From Pseudophaeobacter sp. (GTDB lineage Bacteria; Pseudomonadota; Alphaproteobacteria; Rhodobacterales; Rhodobacteraceae), in assembly GCA_034111985.1 (NCBI GenBank), contig JAWUWF010000115.1, forward strand, positions 1-55,699: a DNA stretch of 55,699 nt, given 5' to 3'. Of this stretch, positions 1 through 8,199 are shown piece by piece. The number at the start of each line of letters is the position of its first letter. Position 1 is the stretch's first letter. Under the pieces are notes generated by a model, which saw only the letters and a program-made list of their open reading frames with translations, did not search any database and was not told where the DNA came from. The position numbers and the translations under genes were made by a program.

Positions 1-300
1 ATGCGTGCGCTGGCCTGATGTATCGATCTTGCGAAAATAGCGCCGGGCCTCAATTCCAAATGCCCCCATGACCTCATACCCCAGCGCTTCCATTTTGGCT
101 GTTTGGGCATCCAGAAACTCAAAAGCGGACACCACTCCCAGAAGATCAATGATGGGCTTTGCAAGTATGCCAGCTATTGCGGTGCTGCCGATGTGATGCA
201 GGGTGATTTCATCTGGCGCAAGCGCATTTGAAATCGCTTTTGCTTCGGTCTGAAACGCGGATTTCCAGGTGGGATTATGCGGAGCTACAAATCTATTCAT
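1..300 (-). CDS. GrpB/UPF0157 family protein (partial; runs off the left edge, absent from ORF track)
   Basis: Manual translation from ATG at 300: MNRFVAPHNPTWKSAFQTEAKAI...LHHIGSTAIAGILAKPIIDLL...RRYFRK...QRTH. HIGST and AKPIID are GrpB-family hallmarks. Confidence 0.85.
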   Translation of the reverse strand, partial: MNRFVAPHNPTWKSAFQTEAKAISNALAPDEITLHHIGSTAIAGILAKPIIDLLGVVSAFEFLDAQTAKMEALGYEVMGAFGIEARRYFRKIDTSGQRTH

Positions 301-402
301 GCGCGCAACATGTGTTCCACCAGCGTCAAATGCAACGCAAAAACCTAGGGCAAAAACGGGGAGTTAGGGCCTGCAGACTTGGCTCTGCCTCCTCCTTGTC
401 GC

Positions 403-1116
403 TCACCCCTTTTGTGGCCGGGCCGAGACCTGTGCGCGGTAAAGCGCGCGTTTGAATTCGCGGGTGAGTTTGCTGCCGGACTTACGTTTCTGGATGGTCG
501 AGCCTCCCAGTGCCTCGGTCTGTTCCGAGACGCCATTGGGCAGGATAGTCTGTATTGGCTGGCCATGAATCCAGTGCATCTGCAAAAAAGTATCCACGGG
601 CCGGTCCAGGATCGCTGTCGCATCCAAAAGCCGTTTGGCCGCCGTGCGCCCCACCACCTGCGCCACAGTTTGCAGGCCAATGACTTTGGGCAAAAACAGT
701 TTACTGTCCCCGTGCTGGCCGATCTGTACAGCGGCGACTTCGCGGCGTTTCGCAGGCAGGCGGATAAAGCTTTCAGGCCCGGCGCGGGCGGCGATCAAGG
801 CCTGTGCCTGCGCCCAGAGCGGTGGGTCCAGCGCCAGATCATCCTCGACAATCAGCGCATAGTCCCAATCGGAGTCGACAATGCGCTGCCAGCAACGCCG
901 ATGCGACAGAAAGCAGCCGACCTCTCCTGGCCCCAGGCGAAAAGGATAGGAAGGGGCGTACAGATCACCGGGCCGCAGAGACATGGCATTGCGGGCGACC
1001 ACATCCCGCCCATTCACCGCCTCGACCACCTGGGCCTCGGGTAGGGAAAAGAGCAGGTGCTCCACATTGGCAGCGCGGTTGGTGCTGCCAGGCATATGAA
1101 TGATCAGCGAATGCAT
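403..1116 (-). CDS. Glycosyltransferase family 25 (LPS/LOS biosynthesis)
   Basis: GEVGCFLSHRRCWQRIV, ALIVEDD and RPVDTFL motifs typical of GT25. Confidence 0.85.
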   Translation of the reverse strand: MHSLIIHMPGSTNRAANVEHLLFSLPEAQVVEAVNGRDVVARNAMSLRPGDLYAPSYPFRLGPGEVGCFLSHRRCWQRIVDSDWDYALIVEDDLALDPPLWAQAQALIAARAGPESFIRLPAKRREVAAVQIGQHGDSKLFLPKVIGLQTVAQVVGRTAAKRLLDATAILDRPVDTFLQMHWIHGQPIQTILPNGVSEQTEALGGSTIQKRKSGSKLTREFKRALYRAQVSARPQKG

Positions 1117-1190
1117 GCTGTCAGGACTAGCCGGGAACGCGAGCTGGGGGAAGTCTGCAGTTGCGCGGCAGTTGACTAAATGGGGATACG

Positions 1191-1220
1191 AAAAAGGCCC
1201 CGGCGTTTCCGCCAGGGCCT
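1191..1220 (-). terminator. Rho-independent terminator of pnp
   Basis: Minus strand AGGCCCTGGCG-GAAA-CGCCGGGGCCT followed by a T run, just after the pnp stop. Confidence 0.8.
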
Positions 1221-1243
1221 CTCTTTGTTTCTGGAAGACAGGT

Positions 1244-3376
1244 TTAGTCTTCAGATTTCTCAGCAGCCATCTCTTCGCCGGTTTCCTGATCGATCATTTT
1301 CATCGACAGACGAACCTTACCGCGATCGTCAAAGCCCAGGAGCTTCACTTTCACTTCCTGGCCTTCCTTCAGAACATCCGAAGGGTGGTTCAGGCGGCGG
1401 TTTTCGATCTGGGACACGTGGACCAGGCCGTCGCGCTTGCCAAAGAAGTTCACGAAGGCACCGAAGTCGACGATTTTGACAACTTTACCAGTGTAGACTT
1501 TGCCTTCTTCGGGCTCGGCCACGATAGAATAGATCATGTCGTAGGCTTTTTTGATCGAATCACCGTTTGGCGAGGCAATCTTGATGATGCCTTCGTCATT
1601 GATGTCGACCTTGGCGCCGGAAACTTCGACGATCTCGCGGATGACTTTGCCGCCGGAGCCGATAACTTCACGGATCTTGTCGGTTGGGATCTGCATGGTC
1701 TCGATGCGTGGTGCGTGGATCGAGAAGTCAGCAGCACCTGTCAGCGCTTTGGCCATCTCACCCAGGATGTGGATACGGCCGGCTTTGGCCTGCTCCAGGG
1801 CTTTTTCCATGATCTCGGGCGTGATGCCTGCGATCTTGATGTCCATCTGCAGCGAGGTGATCCCTGCTTCGGTACCGGCCACTTTGAAATCCATGTCGCC
1901 CAGGTGATCTTCGTCGCCCAGAATGTCGGACAGGATCGCATAAGAGCCGTCGTCTTCCAGTATCCGACCAATGGCCACACCGGCAACCGGTGCTTTCAGC
2001 GGAACGCCCGCATCCATCATCGACAAGGAGCCACCACAAACAGAGGCCATCGAGGAGGAGCCGTTTGATTCGGTGATCTCAGAGACCACGCGGATGGTGT
2101 AGGGGAAGTCGGTTGCCGCAGGCAGAACCGCCTGAAGCGCACGCCATGCCAGCTTACCGTGACCGATTTCGCGACGGCCAGGGCCGCTCACACGACCAAC
2201 TTCACCAACCGAATAGGGAGGGAAGTTATAGTGCAGCAGGAAGTTGGATTTAAAGTTGCCGTGCAGCGCGTCGATGAACTGTTCGTCATCTCCGGTGCCC
2301 AGCGTGGTCACAACCAGACCCTGTGTTTCACCGCGGGTGAACAGGGCAGAGCCGTGGGTCCGGGGCAACAGGCCGGTTTCGGAAACGATGTCACGGATCT
2401 CATCGGTGGCACGGCCATCGATGCGCTTGCCGGTTTTGACAACGTCGCCACGCAGAATGCCAGCTTCCAGCTTTTTCAGCGCGGAACCCAGGTTCATGTC
2501 TTCCAGCTGTTCGTCGCTCAAAGCATCTTTTATGGTGGCGCGGGCGGCGTCAACAGCACTGGTGCGCTCTTGCTTGTCGCTTATCGCAAAGGCTGCGCGC
2601 ATTTCGGTCTCGCCAGCCGCTTTAACAGCAGCATAGAGATCGGAATAGTCAGGCGCTGCAAAATCGAACGGCTCTTTTGCGGCGTCTTCGGCCATCGAGA
2701 TGATCAGGTCGATAACTGGCTGGATGGCATCGTGGGCGAATTTAACCGCACCCAGCATTTCAGCTTCTGACAGCTCATAAGCCTCAGATTCAACCATCAT
2801 CACGGCGTCTTTGGTGCCGGCAACAACCAGATCAAGGCGCTGATCGGGGTTCAGGCGCAGGTCCTGCATGTCGTCGACTGTTGGGTTCAGAACGTACTCG
2901 CCGCCCTCATAGCCAACACGGGCACAGGCGATTGGGCCCATGAACGGCGCGCCAGACAGAGTCAGCGCGGCAGAGGCGGCGATCATGGCAACCATGTCCG
3001 GGTCATTGACCAGATCGTGGCTCAGCACGGTGCACATCACCAGAACTTCGTTTTTGAAGCCAGGTACAAACAGCGGGCGGATCGGACGGTCGATCAGGCG
3101 CGCGGTCAGTGTTTCTTTTTCGGTGGGGCGCGCTTCGCGCTTGAAGAAACCGCCGGGCACTTTACCCGCGGCATAGTATTTTTCCTGGTAGTGGACTGTC
3201 AGGGGAAAGAAGTCCTGGCCGGGCTTTTGCTTGCGGGCAAAAGTCACGTTTGCCATGACCGAAGTTTCACCCAGGGTGGCGATGACCGAGCCATCAGCCT
3301 GACGAGCAACTTTGCCCGTTTCCAGTGTCAGCGTTTCTTCGCCCCACTGCATCGATTTTTTCGTAACGTTGAACAT
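1244..3376 (-). CDS. pnp: Polyribonucleotide nucleotidyltransferase (PNPase)
   Basis: 710 aa with [27 protein letters not shown] and GDMDFKVAG motifs, plus C-terminal KH and S1 domains. Confidence 0.98.
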   Translation of the reverse strand: MFNVTKKSMQWGEETLTLETGKVARQADGSVIATLGETSVMANVTFARKQKPGQDFFPLTVHYQEKYYAAGKVPGGFFKREARPTEKETLTARLIDRPIRPLFVPGFKNEVLVMCTVLSHDLVNDPDMVAMIAASAALTLSGAPFMGPIACARVGYEGGEYVLNPTVDDMQDLRLNPDQRLDLVVAGTKDAVMMVESEAYELSEAEMLGAVKFAHDAIQPVIDLIISMAEDAAKEPFDFAAPDYSDLYAAVKAAGETEMRAAFAISDKQERTSAVDAARATIKDALSDEQLEDMNLGSALKKLEAGILRGDVVKTGKRIDGRATDEIRDIVSETGLLPRTHGSALFTRGETQGLVVTTLGTGDDEQFIDALHGNFKSNFLLHYNFPPYSVGEVGRVSGPGRREIGHGKLAWRALQAVLPAATDFPYTIRVVSEITESNGSSSMASVCGGSLSMMDAGVPLKAPVAGVAIGRILEDDGSYAILSDILGDEDHLGDMDFKVAGTEAGITSLQMDIKIAGITPEIMEKALEQAKAGRIHILGEMAKALTGAADFSIHAPRIETMQIPTDKIREVIGSGGKVIREIVEVSGAKVDINDEGIIKIASPNGDSIKKAYDMIYSIVAEPEEGKVYTGKVVKIVDFGAFVNFFGKRDGLVHVSQIENRRLNHPSDVLKEGQEVKVKLLGFDDRGKVRLSMKMIDQETGEEMAAEKSED

Positions 3377-3559
3377 GTCAGCATCCTATATGGGAGCACT
3401 CCCAGGCGGATCCCGGGTCTCCCGTTGCATGTAGCGGCCGCATTGCCGCCGGCTTCTTCCATCTTGATTTCGCGTGTCGAAGCCAGGCACGTGTCTCAGA
3501 TAGGGCGCCCATACAGGAGATTGGCCCGAAATGAAAGCAAAAGAGCCGGGAGCGGTCTC

Positions 3560-3587
3560 TTGTGGTCACAACCACTGGCGATATACT
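3560..3587 (+). promoter_or_regulatory. Putative sigma70 promoter for the PACE transporter leader
   Basis: TTGTGG (3560-3565), 16-nt spacer, TATACT (3582-3587). The predicted start site lies just 5' of the first riboswitch hairpin. Confidence 0.5.
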
Positions 3588-3595
3588 GCTGGAAC

Positions 3596-3646
3596 GTGAG
3601 GACGACCTCCCCTGCATGTTGCAGGCCAGCACGCGGGACGGCCCGG
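3596..3646 (+). ncRNA. Guanidine-II (mini-ykkC)-like riboswitch
   Basis: Two short hairpins with ACGR tetraloops closed by G-C pairs: GAGG-ACGA-CCTC (3598-3609) and CGGG-ACGG-CCCG (3634-3645), 24 nt apart, in the 5' leader of an efflux transporter. Confidence 0.75.
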
Positions 3647-3708
3647 TTCAGTGCCATAAAGGCCAGAGGCCAGAGCCAAAATCCAGGGCCAGAATTCAGG
3701 GGCAGCTC

Positions 3709-4137
3709 ATGCGCAGCACAGCAGATCGGATCCGCCACGCGGTCAGTTTTGAAATCATCGGATTGGTGAGTGTAATACCGCTGGGCTCCTGGGTCTTTGA
3801 CCTTGAGATGCAAGCGATTGGCGTGGTGGCTTTGGCGGTGGCAACGGTGGCGACCCTATGGAACTATCTGTTCAACCTAGGCTTTGATCGCGCCATGATG
3901 CGCTGGCTGGGTCACACGCGGAAATGGCCCGTCTTGCGCATTCTGCACGCGCTGCTGTTCGAGATCGGGTTGCTGGCCGTGTCGTTGCCGTTTATCGCCT
4001 GGTATCTGCAAATCGGGCTGTGGACCGCGCTGCTTATGGACCTTGGCTTTGCCGGATTTTACCTCGTCTATGCCTTTGTCTATAACTGGGCCTATGACGT
4101 GATCTTTCCCCTACCTCAGCAGCCATGCGCCGACTAA
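3709..4137 (+). CDS. PACE family efflux transporter (AceI-like, two BTP repeats)
   Basis: 142 aa from ATG 3709 after CAGGGG. RIRHAVSFE...WNYLFNLGFD and RILHALLFE...YNWAYD repeats, four predicted TM helices. Confidence 0.9.
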   Translation: MRSTADRIRHAVSFEIIGLVSVIPLGSWVFDLEMQAIGVVALAVATVATLWNYLFNLGFDRAMMRWLGHTRKWPVLRILHALLFEIGLLAVSLPFIAWYLQIGLWTALLMDLGFAGFYLVYAFVYNWAYDVIFPLPQQPCAD

Positions 4138-4460
4138 CGCGGCTGGCTGGCGGTGCTAAAGGTGCTGGCGATCTGTTGCAACGCGTCCTGATCAGCCTTG
4201 TAAAACACCCAGTTCTTGATCTTTTTTGAGCTGACAAGCCCGGCCTGTTCCAGGTTTTTCATATGGCTGGTGACGGTAGGCTGGCTGAGGCCCACCTTGT
4301 CGGTGATAAAGCCAACGCAGACGCCATCCGCAACCAGATCACCATCGCGTTGCGGTGGAAAATGGCGCTCAGGGTCGAGCAGCCAATCCATGATCTGCAC
4401 CCGATGCGGGTTGGCCAGGGCGCGCAGCGCGGGCAGTGTGCTGAGGAGGGGGCTTTTCAT
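4134..4460 (-). CDS. ArsR/SmtB family transcriptional regulator
   Basis: ALANPHRVQIM...GVCVGFI...GLSQPTVTSHMKNLEQAGLV winged HTH. Confidence 0.9.
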   Translation of the reverse strand: MKSPLLSTLPALRALANPHRVQIMDWLLDPERHFPPQRDGDLVADGVCVGFITDKVGLSQPTVTSHMKNLEQAGLVSSKKIKNWVFYKADQDALQQIASTFSTASQPR

Positions 4461-4472
4461 ATAGTAATTTTT

Positions 4473-4496
4473 CAATATAGATTGTTTTCGATATGG
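4473..4496. promoter_or_regulatory. Imperfect inverted repeat, candidate ArsR operator between divergent genes
   Basis: CAATATAGA-ttgttt-TCGATATGG (7 of 9 positions symmetric) in the 57-nt AT-rich divergent spacer. Confidence 0.45.
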
Positions 4497-4517
4497 AATC
4501 GCATAGGGGAGAATGCC

Positions 4518-5876
4518 ATGAATGAGATTGAGTTGCTACAAGAAGCCGATCGACGGGCGCGCGACTATGTGGGCGGGGCGGATAGGCGCAGGGTTTTTCC
4601 AGCTAGAGCGGAAATTGCCGCGCTATCGGGTTTTGACGAACCTCTGCCGGAGCAGGGCCATGCCGCCGCCGAGACGATTGCCTTGATGGATGATCTCGGC
4701 TCTCCCGCCACCGTGGCCTCGAATGGGCCAAACTATTTTGGCTTTGTCATTGGTGCCAGCCTGCCGGTGGCCGCCGCAGCCGAGCGTCTGGCGCTGGCCT
4801 GGGATCAATGTGCCTCGACCGAGGATGGCAGCCCGGCGGCCTATGCCATTGAACGGCAGGCCAGCAAGTGGCTGCTCGACATCCTCGATTTGCCACGCAG
4901 CAGTGCCGTTGCCTTTGGCACCTCTGCCACCGCCTGTGGCTTGAGCTGCCTGGCAGCGGCGCGAGCAGAGCTTTTGGCGCGTCAGGGCTGGGATGTGGTC
5001 AATGACGGATTGGCCGGTGCCCCCGAGGTGCGGGTGATTGTGCCCGCCAGCACGCATGTCACCGTTCGTAAGGCGCTGCAGGTTCTGGGCTTTGGCTGGA
5101 ACCGGGTGATCAAGGCACCGGTGGATGACAAGGGGCGCATTCTCCCGGATGAGCTGCCCGAGATGGATGCAAACACGCTGTTGGTGCTGCAGGCCGGCGA
5201 GGTGAACACTGGCGAGTTCGACCCGTTCTGCGAGATCATCCCCCGCGCCAGGGCGGCGGGCGCCTGGGTGCATGTGGATGGCGCCTTTGGTCTTTGGGCG
5301 CGGGCAGCACCTGTGTTGCGGCACCTCACGACGGGTATTGAGGGCGCCGACAGCTGGACCACCGACGGGCATAAATGGCTCAACACGCCCTATGATGGCG
5401 CCATGGCGATCTGTCGCGACCCGCAGGCGCTGGCGCGGTTGATGAACAGCGACGCCGCCTATTCCAGTGCCTCGGCAGAAGCGCAAAAAAACCTGACGCT
5501 GGAGTTTTCCCGCCGTGCCCGCGGTATCCCAATTTGGGCAGCCCTGCGCAGCCTTGGCCGTGTGGGCGTGGCTGAGCTGGTGACGCGTCACCATCATCAG
5601 GCGCAGCGCGTGGGGAGCGCGCTACAGGAGGCGGGGTTTGAGGTGTTGAACCGCGTGGTGCTGAACCAGGTGCTGGTGCGCGGCGTGGATGATGCGGCAA
5701 CGCAGGCGATCCTGACGCAGGCGCAACAAAGCGGCACCTCATGGTTTGGCGGTACGGTCTGGCAGGGGCGTCCGGCCTTTCGCATCAGCCTGTCGTCGTT
5801 TCGCACCGAGGACAGGCATGTGGATCAACTGATCGCTTTGCTGCGTCGTATTGGCCCCAGCGGCGAAGGCGCTTAA
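4518..5876 (+). CDS. Group II PLP-dependent amino-acid decarboxylase
   Basis: ATG 4518 after GGGGAG. WVHVDGAFG, the PLP-lysine motif DSWTTDGHKWLNTPY, and EFSRRARG. Confidence 0.9.
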   Translation: MNEIELLQEADRRARDYVGGADRRRVFPARAEIAALSGFDEPLPEQGHAAAETIALMDDLGSPATVASNGPNYFGFVIGASLPVAAAAERLALAWDQCASTEDGSPAAYAIERQASKWLLDILDLPRSSAVAFGTSATACGLSCLAAARAELLARQGWDVVNDGLAGAPEVRVIVPASTHVTVRKALQVLGFGWNRVIKAPVDDKGRILPDELPEMDANTLLVLQAGEVNTGEFDPFCEIIPRARAAGAWVHVDGAFGLWARAAPVLRHLTTGIEGADSWTTDGHKWLNTPYDGAMAICRDPQALARLMNSDAAYSSASAEAQKNLTLEFSRRARGIPIWAALRSLGRVGVAELVTRHHHQAQRVGSALQEAGFEVLNRVVLNQVLVRGVDDAATQAILTQAQQSGTSWFGGTVWQGRPAFRISLSSFRTEDRHVDQLIALLRRIGPSGEGA

Positions 5877-5907
5877 TACCGGGCACAGGCCGCAATCCGG
5901 TGGGGCT

Positions 5908-6183
5908 TCAACCGGGCATTGAGGTCCGCGCCAGTGTTGCGGCCTCGGCACGGTCCAGGCTGGCCAATGTCTGCTCCAGGCTGTCGCCTCTGGCCTTTGT
6001 TTTGCGCCAGACGGCGCGGCAAGAGGCCGGGGACCACGGCAGTTTTGCCGTCTGCATCCAAAGGCGCAGCTCCTTTGGCAATTGGTCATAGGCAGCCATA
6101 GGGTCCTGGCTTCGCTTGCGTCGCTTTAAGCGGGTCGACCCCAGATTGCTGTGGCGTTTGTGTCTGGATCGGTCGCGTGGCAT
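5908..6183 (-). CDS. Small basic conserved hypothetical protein (DUF6525-like)
   Basis: NLGSTRLKRRKR...DPMAAYDQLPKELRLWMQTAKLPWSPASC resembles a Rhodobacteraceae family. The DUF number is from recall. Confidence 0.7.
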   Translation of the reverse strand: MPRDRSRHKRHSNLGSTRLKRRKRSQDPMAAYDQLPKELRLWMQTAKLPWSPASCRAVWRKTKARGDSLEQTLASLDRAEAATLARTSMPG

Positions 6184-6195
6184 TTGGAATCATTA

Positions 6196-6210
6196 TGTTA
6201 TATCGTATCA
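6196..6210. promoter_or_regulatory. Zur-box-like operator
   Basis: Minus strand TGATACG-A-TATAACA versus consensus TGTTATA-n-TATAACA, 13 nt upstream of the 6183 start. Confidence 0.45.
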
Positions 6211-6276
6211 ATATGTAGTTAGAGATTTGCCTCGCAAGATGCAAGAGCCAGAATCTGGACATAGGGACGGGGCAAC

Positions 6277-6305
6277 AAAAAACGCCCGCTCAAAGAGAGC
6301 GGGCG
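6277..6305 (-). terminator. Rho-independent terminator of rpsO
   Basis: 9-bp stem CGCCCGCTC/GAGCGGGCG followed by T6 on the minus strand. Confidence 0.85.
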
Positions 6306-6331
6306 CTTCTGATCACAAAGGATCGGTATTC

Positions 6332-6601
6332 TTAGCGACGGATGCCAAGACGTTTGATCAGGTCTTGGTAACGGGCCATATCTTTCGACTTGGTGTAGTC
6401 CAGCAGCTTACGACGCAGAGCAACCATTTTCAAAAGACCACGACGACCGTGGTTGTCTTTTTTGTGGGTTTTGAAGTGCTCGGTCAGGGTGTTGATGCGC
6501 GATGTAAGGATAGCAACCTGTACTTCGGGCGAACCGGTGTCGCCTTCTTTGGTTGCGAATTCTTTCATCAGGCGTGTTTTTTCTTCGGCTGTAATCGACA
6601 T
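6332..6601 (-). CDS. rpsO: 30S ribosomal protein S15
   Basis: 89 aa, [13 protein letters not shown]...[15 protein letters not shown]. Confidence 0.99.
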   Translation of the reverse strand: MSITAEEKTRLMKEFATKEGDTGSPEVQVAILTSRINTLTEHFKTHKKDNHGRRGLLKMVALRRKLLDYTKSKDMARYQDLIKRLGIRR

Positions 6602-6710
6602 CGGGGTCTCCTTTAAAAGGTTAAAGTGATGGCACAGGCCGGGATGTCGTCCAGCGCAGGCCCATGGAGTAGGTCTGCCGCGAATCTATAAAAGACCCTG
6701 AGGCAGATGC
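6602..6710 (-). promoter_or_regulatory. Structured rpsO leader, probable S15 autoregulatory RNA (alphaproteobacterial type)
   Basis: Minus-strand hairpin ATGGGCCTGCGCTGGACGACATCCCGGCCTGTGCCAT upstream of the AAAGGAG RBS. The GCTGGACGACATCCCGGC core matches what I recall of alphaproteobacterial rpsO leaders. Confidence 0.6.
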
Positions 6711-6713
6711 GGG

Positions 6714-6742
6714 CGTATAGGCGGTATTGAGCAAAAAGGCAA
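6714..6742 (-). promoter_or_regulatory. Putative sigma70 promoter of rpsO
   Basis: TTGCCT-N17-TATACG on the minus strand. Confidence 0.55.
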
Positions 6743-6862
6743 AGGAGATCTTGTTGTGTGGGGAAGGCTGCGGAGTTCACGGGTCCTAGGCGTTACGGTG
6801 CGCGGAGCCGCGCCCGTTTTGGTCGCGCTGCTATGGCGACGTTTCGCTGGCCGCAGGGATCT

Positions 6863-6892
6863 GATCACCCAGATGTGGATCACCCAGATGTG
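6863..6892. repeat. Perfect 15-bp tandem duplication
   Basis: GATCACCCAGATGTG twice, spanning the stop codon of the RTX-repeat gene. Confidence 0.9.
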
Positions 6893-8016
6893 CCAGTGCC
6901 ATTTCCCAAAAGCGCTGCAGACTGGGCATCGACAAGGGCAATGTCTGACACGTTCAATCCTTCAGCACCGGTGAGGCGCAGAACTTCGGCGCCATTGACC
7001 CGGATGACCTGCTGCTCCAGATCTTCTGGATCAGTTTCAATCGAGATCTCGGGCTCTGCCTCGCCCTCCGGGTTCCAGAACACCACCAACTGGTCCTCGG
7101 CACTGTCAAAATCCATCAGCTGAATGGCTTCGCCGCTGCTGCTCAGATCCTCGGCCCAGATCTGGTCGGCCCCCGCGCCGGCGGTCACGATATCACCAGC
7201 CCCCGCCACCAGGGTGTCATCGCCCTCGCCGCCGTTCAGGTAGTCGGCGTCGGTGCCATCATCGGCGCCCCAGACAAGATCATCTCCGGCGCCGCCAAAC
7301 AGGGCGTCCTGGCCTTCGCCGCCCTGCAGGCTGTCGTTGCCGTCATTGCCGTGCAGCGCGTCATTTCCGGCGCCACCGTGCAGCGAATCATCATCCTGAC
7401 CGCCATGCGCCAGATCCGCCCCGGCACCGCCCAAAAGGGTATCTGCGCCAAAATGACCAAAGAGCCTGTCGTCGCCCTCACCGCCTGCAAGCGCGTCGTC
7501 GCCATATTCACCGTGCAGCAGATCGTCGCCTGTGCCGCCTTCCAAGGTGTCATCACCTTCGGCGCCGTGCAGCGTTTCATCGCCCGCATCGCCCGCAAGC
7601 ACATCGTCTCCGTCATAGCCGTTGAGCTGATCATCGCCGCTCCGCCCGTCGATTTGATCTCCGTCCTCGGATCCGCTGATGATGTTGGACTCCTCAGAGC
7701 CCGTCAGATGCGCGCCGGTCAGGCCCGGCTGGCCACCGACATCTGATGTGTCGGTGTCGCCAGTGCTGACTTCGTCGATGCCTTGACCGACGCCGGGATC
7801 GATGAAGTCACAGATATCCAGATGCTGCTCGACGCCACTGTCGCCGCTGCCATCGCCTGTCCCGTCTAAAAACTCGTCCGCAGGCACCACTGGCGTGTCT
7901 GTGTCGTCGTTGGGTTGCGTGTCGTCTTCATCACCCGCAGAGCTGTCATCACTGAAATCAAGCAGTGCTGCGCCACCAACGCCTAAGAGGCCCAAGATGC
8001 CTGCCAACCACAACAT
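6880..8016 (-). CDS. Calcium-binding RTX/hemolysin-type repeat protein with N-terminal hydrophobic anchor
   Basis: Many GGxGxDxLx nonapeptides, very acidic, N-terminus MLWLAGILGLLGVGGAALL, GGAG RBS before ATG 8016. Confidence 0.85.
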   Translation of the reverse strand: MLWLAGILGLLGVGGAALLDFSDDSSAGDEDDTQPNDDTDTPVVPADEFLDGTGDGSGDSGVEQHLDICDFIDPGVGQGIDEVSTGDTDTSDVGGQPGLTGAHLTGSEESNIISGSEDGDQIDGRSGDDQLNGYDGDDVLAGDAGDETLHGAEGDDTLEGGTGDDLLHGEYGDDALAGGEGDDRLFGHFGADTLLGGAGADLAHGGQDDDSLHGGAGNDALHGNDGNDSLQGGEGQDALFGGAGDDLVWGADDGTDADYLNGGEGDDTLVAGAGDIVTAGAGADQIWAEDLSSSGEAIQLMDFDSAEDQLVVFWNPEGEAEPEISIETDPEDLEQQVIRVNGAEVLRLTGAEGLNVSDIALVDAQSAALLGNGTGTSG

Positions 8017-8183
8017 AGTATCACTCCACAACAGATGCGGATCGCAGAGCAGAAGCCGCCTCGATCCGTCACCAGTGTGCCATATTTGCGTTAATTGTAT
8101 CCAAACAAATCAGGAACATCGGTTAACGGCAGTTTGCGGGGCCTGTTCAGAGGCTTAGGCGATACTCCCCCGTGGGAGTGGCG

Positions 8184-8199
8184 TTAAAGCTCCGTTAAC
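8184..8199. promoter_or_regulatory. CtrA binding site
   Basis: TTAA-AGCTCCG-TTAAC matches TTAA-N7-TTAAC. Further GTTAA half sites lie near 8090 and 8122. Confidence 0.6.

Noticed and set aside
3377-3500. Structured pnp leader
   Set aside because: Probably the usual processing or autoregulatory leader, but I cannot define a specific structure by eye.
3587-3631. TGCTGG/CCAGCA stem closing a three-way junction in the PACE leader
   Set aside because: The 5' arm overlaps the predicted -10 region and would not be transcribed if that promoter is right; the tandem ACGR hairpins explain the region better.
3562-3708. N-terminal extension of the PACE ORF in the ORF track
   Set aside because: Family similarity starts at ATG 3709, which has an RBS; the extension covers the promoter and riboswitch.
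7200-7690. Periodic DNA repeats as a possible CRISPR array or VNTR
   Set aside because: They are degenerate 27-nt coding repeats for RTX nonapeptides; there are no identical repeats with spacers and no cas genes.
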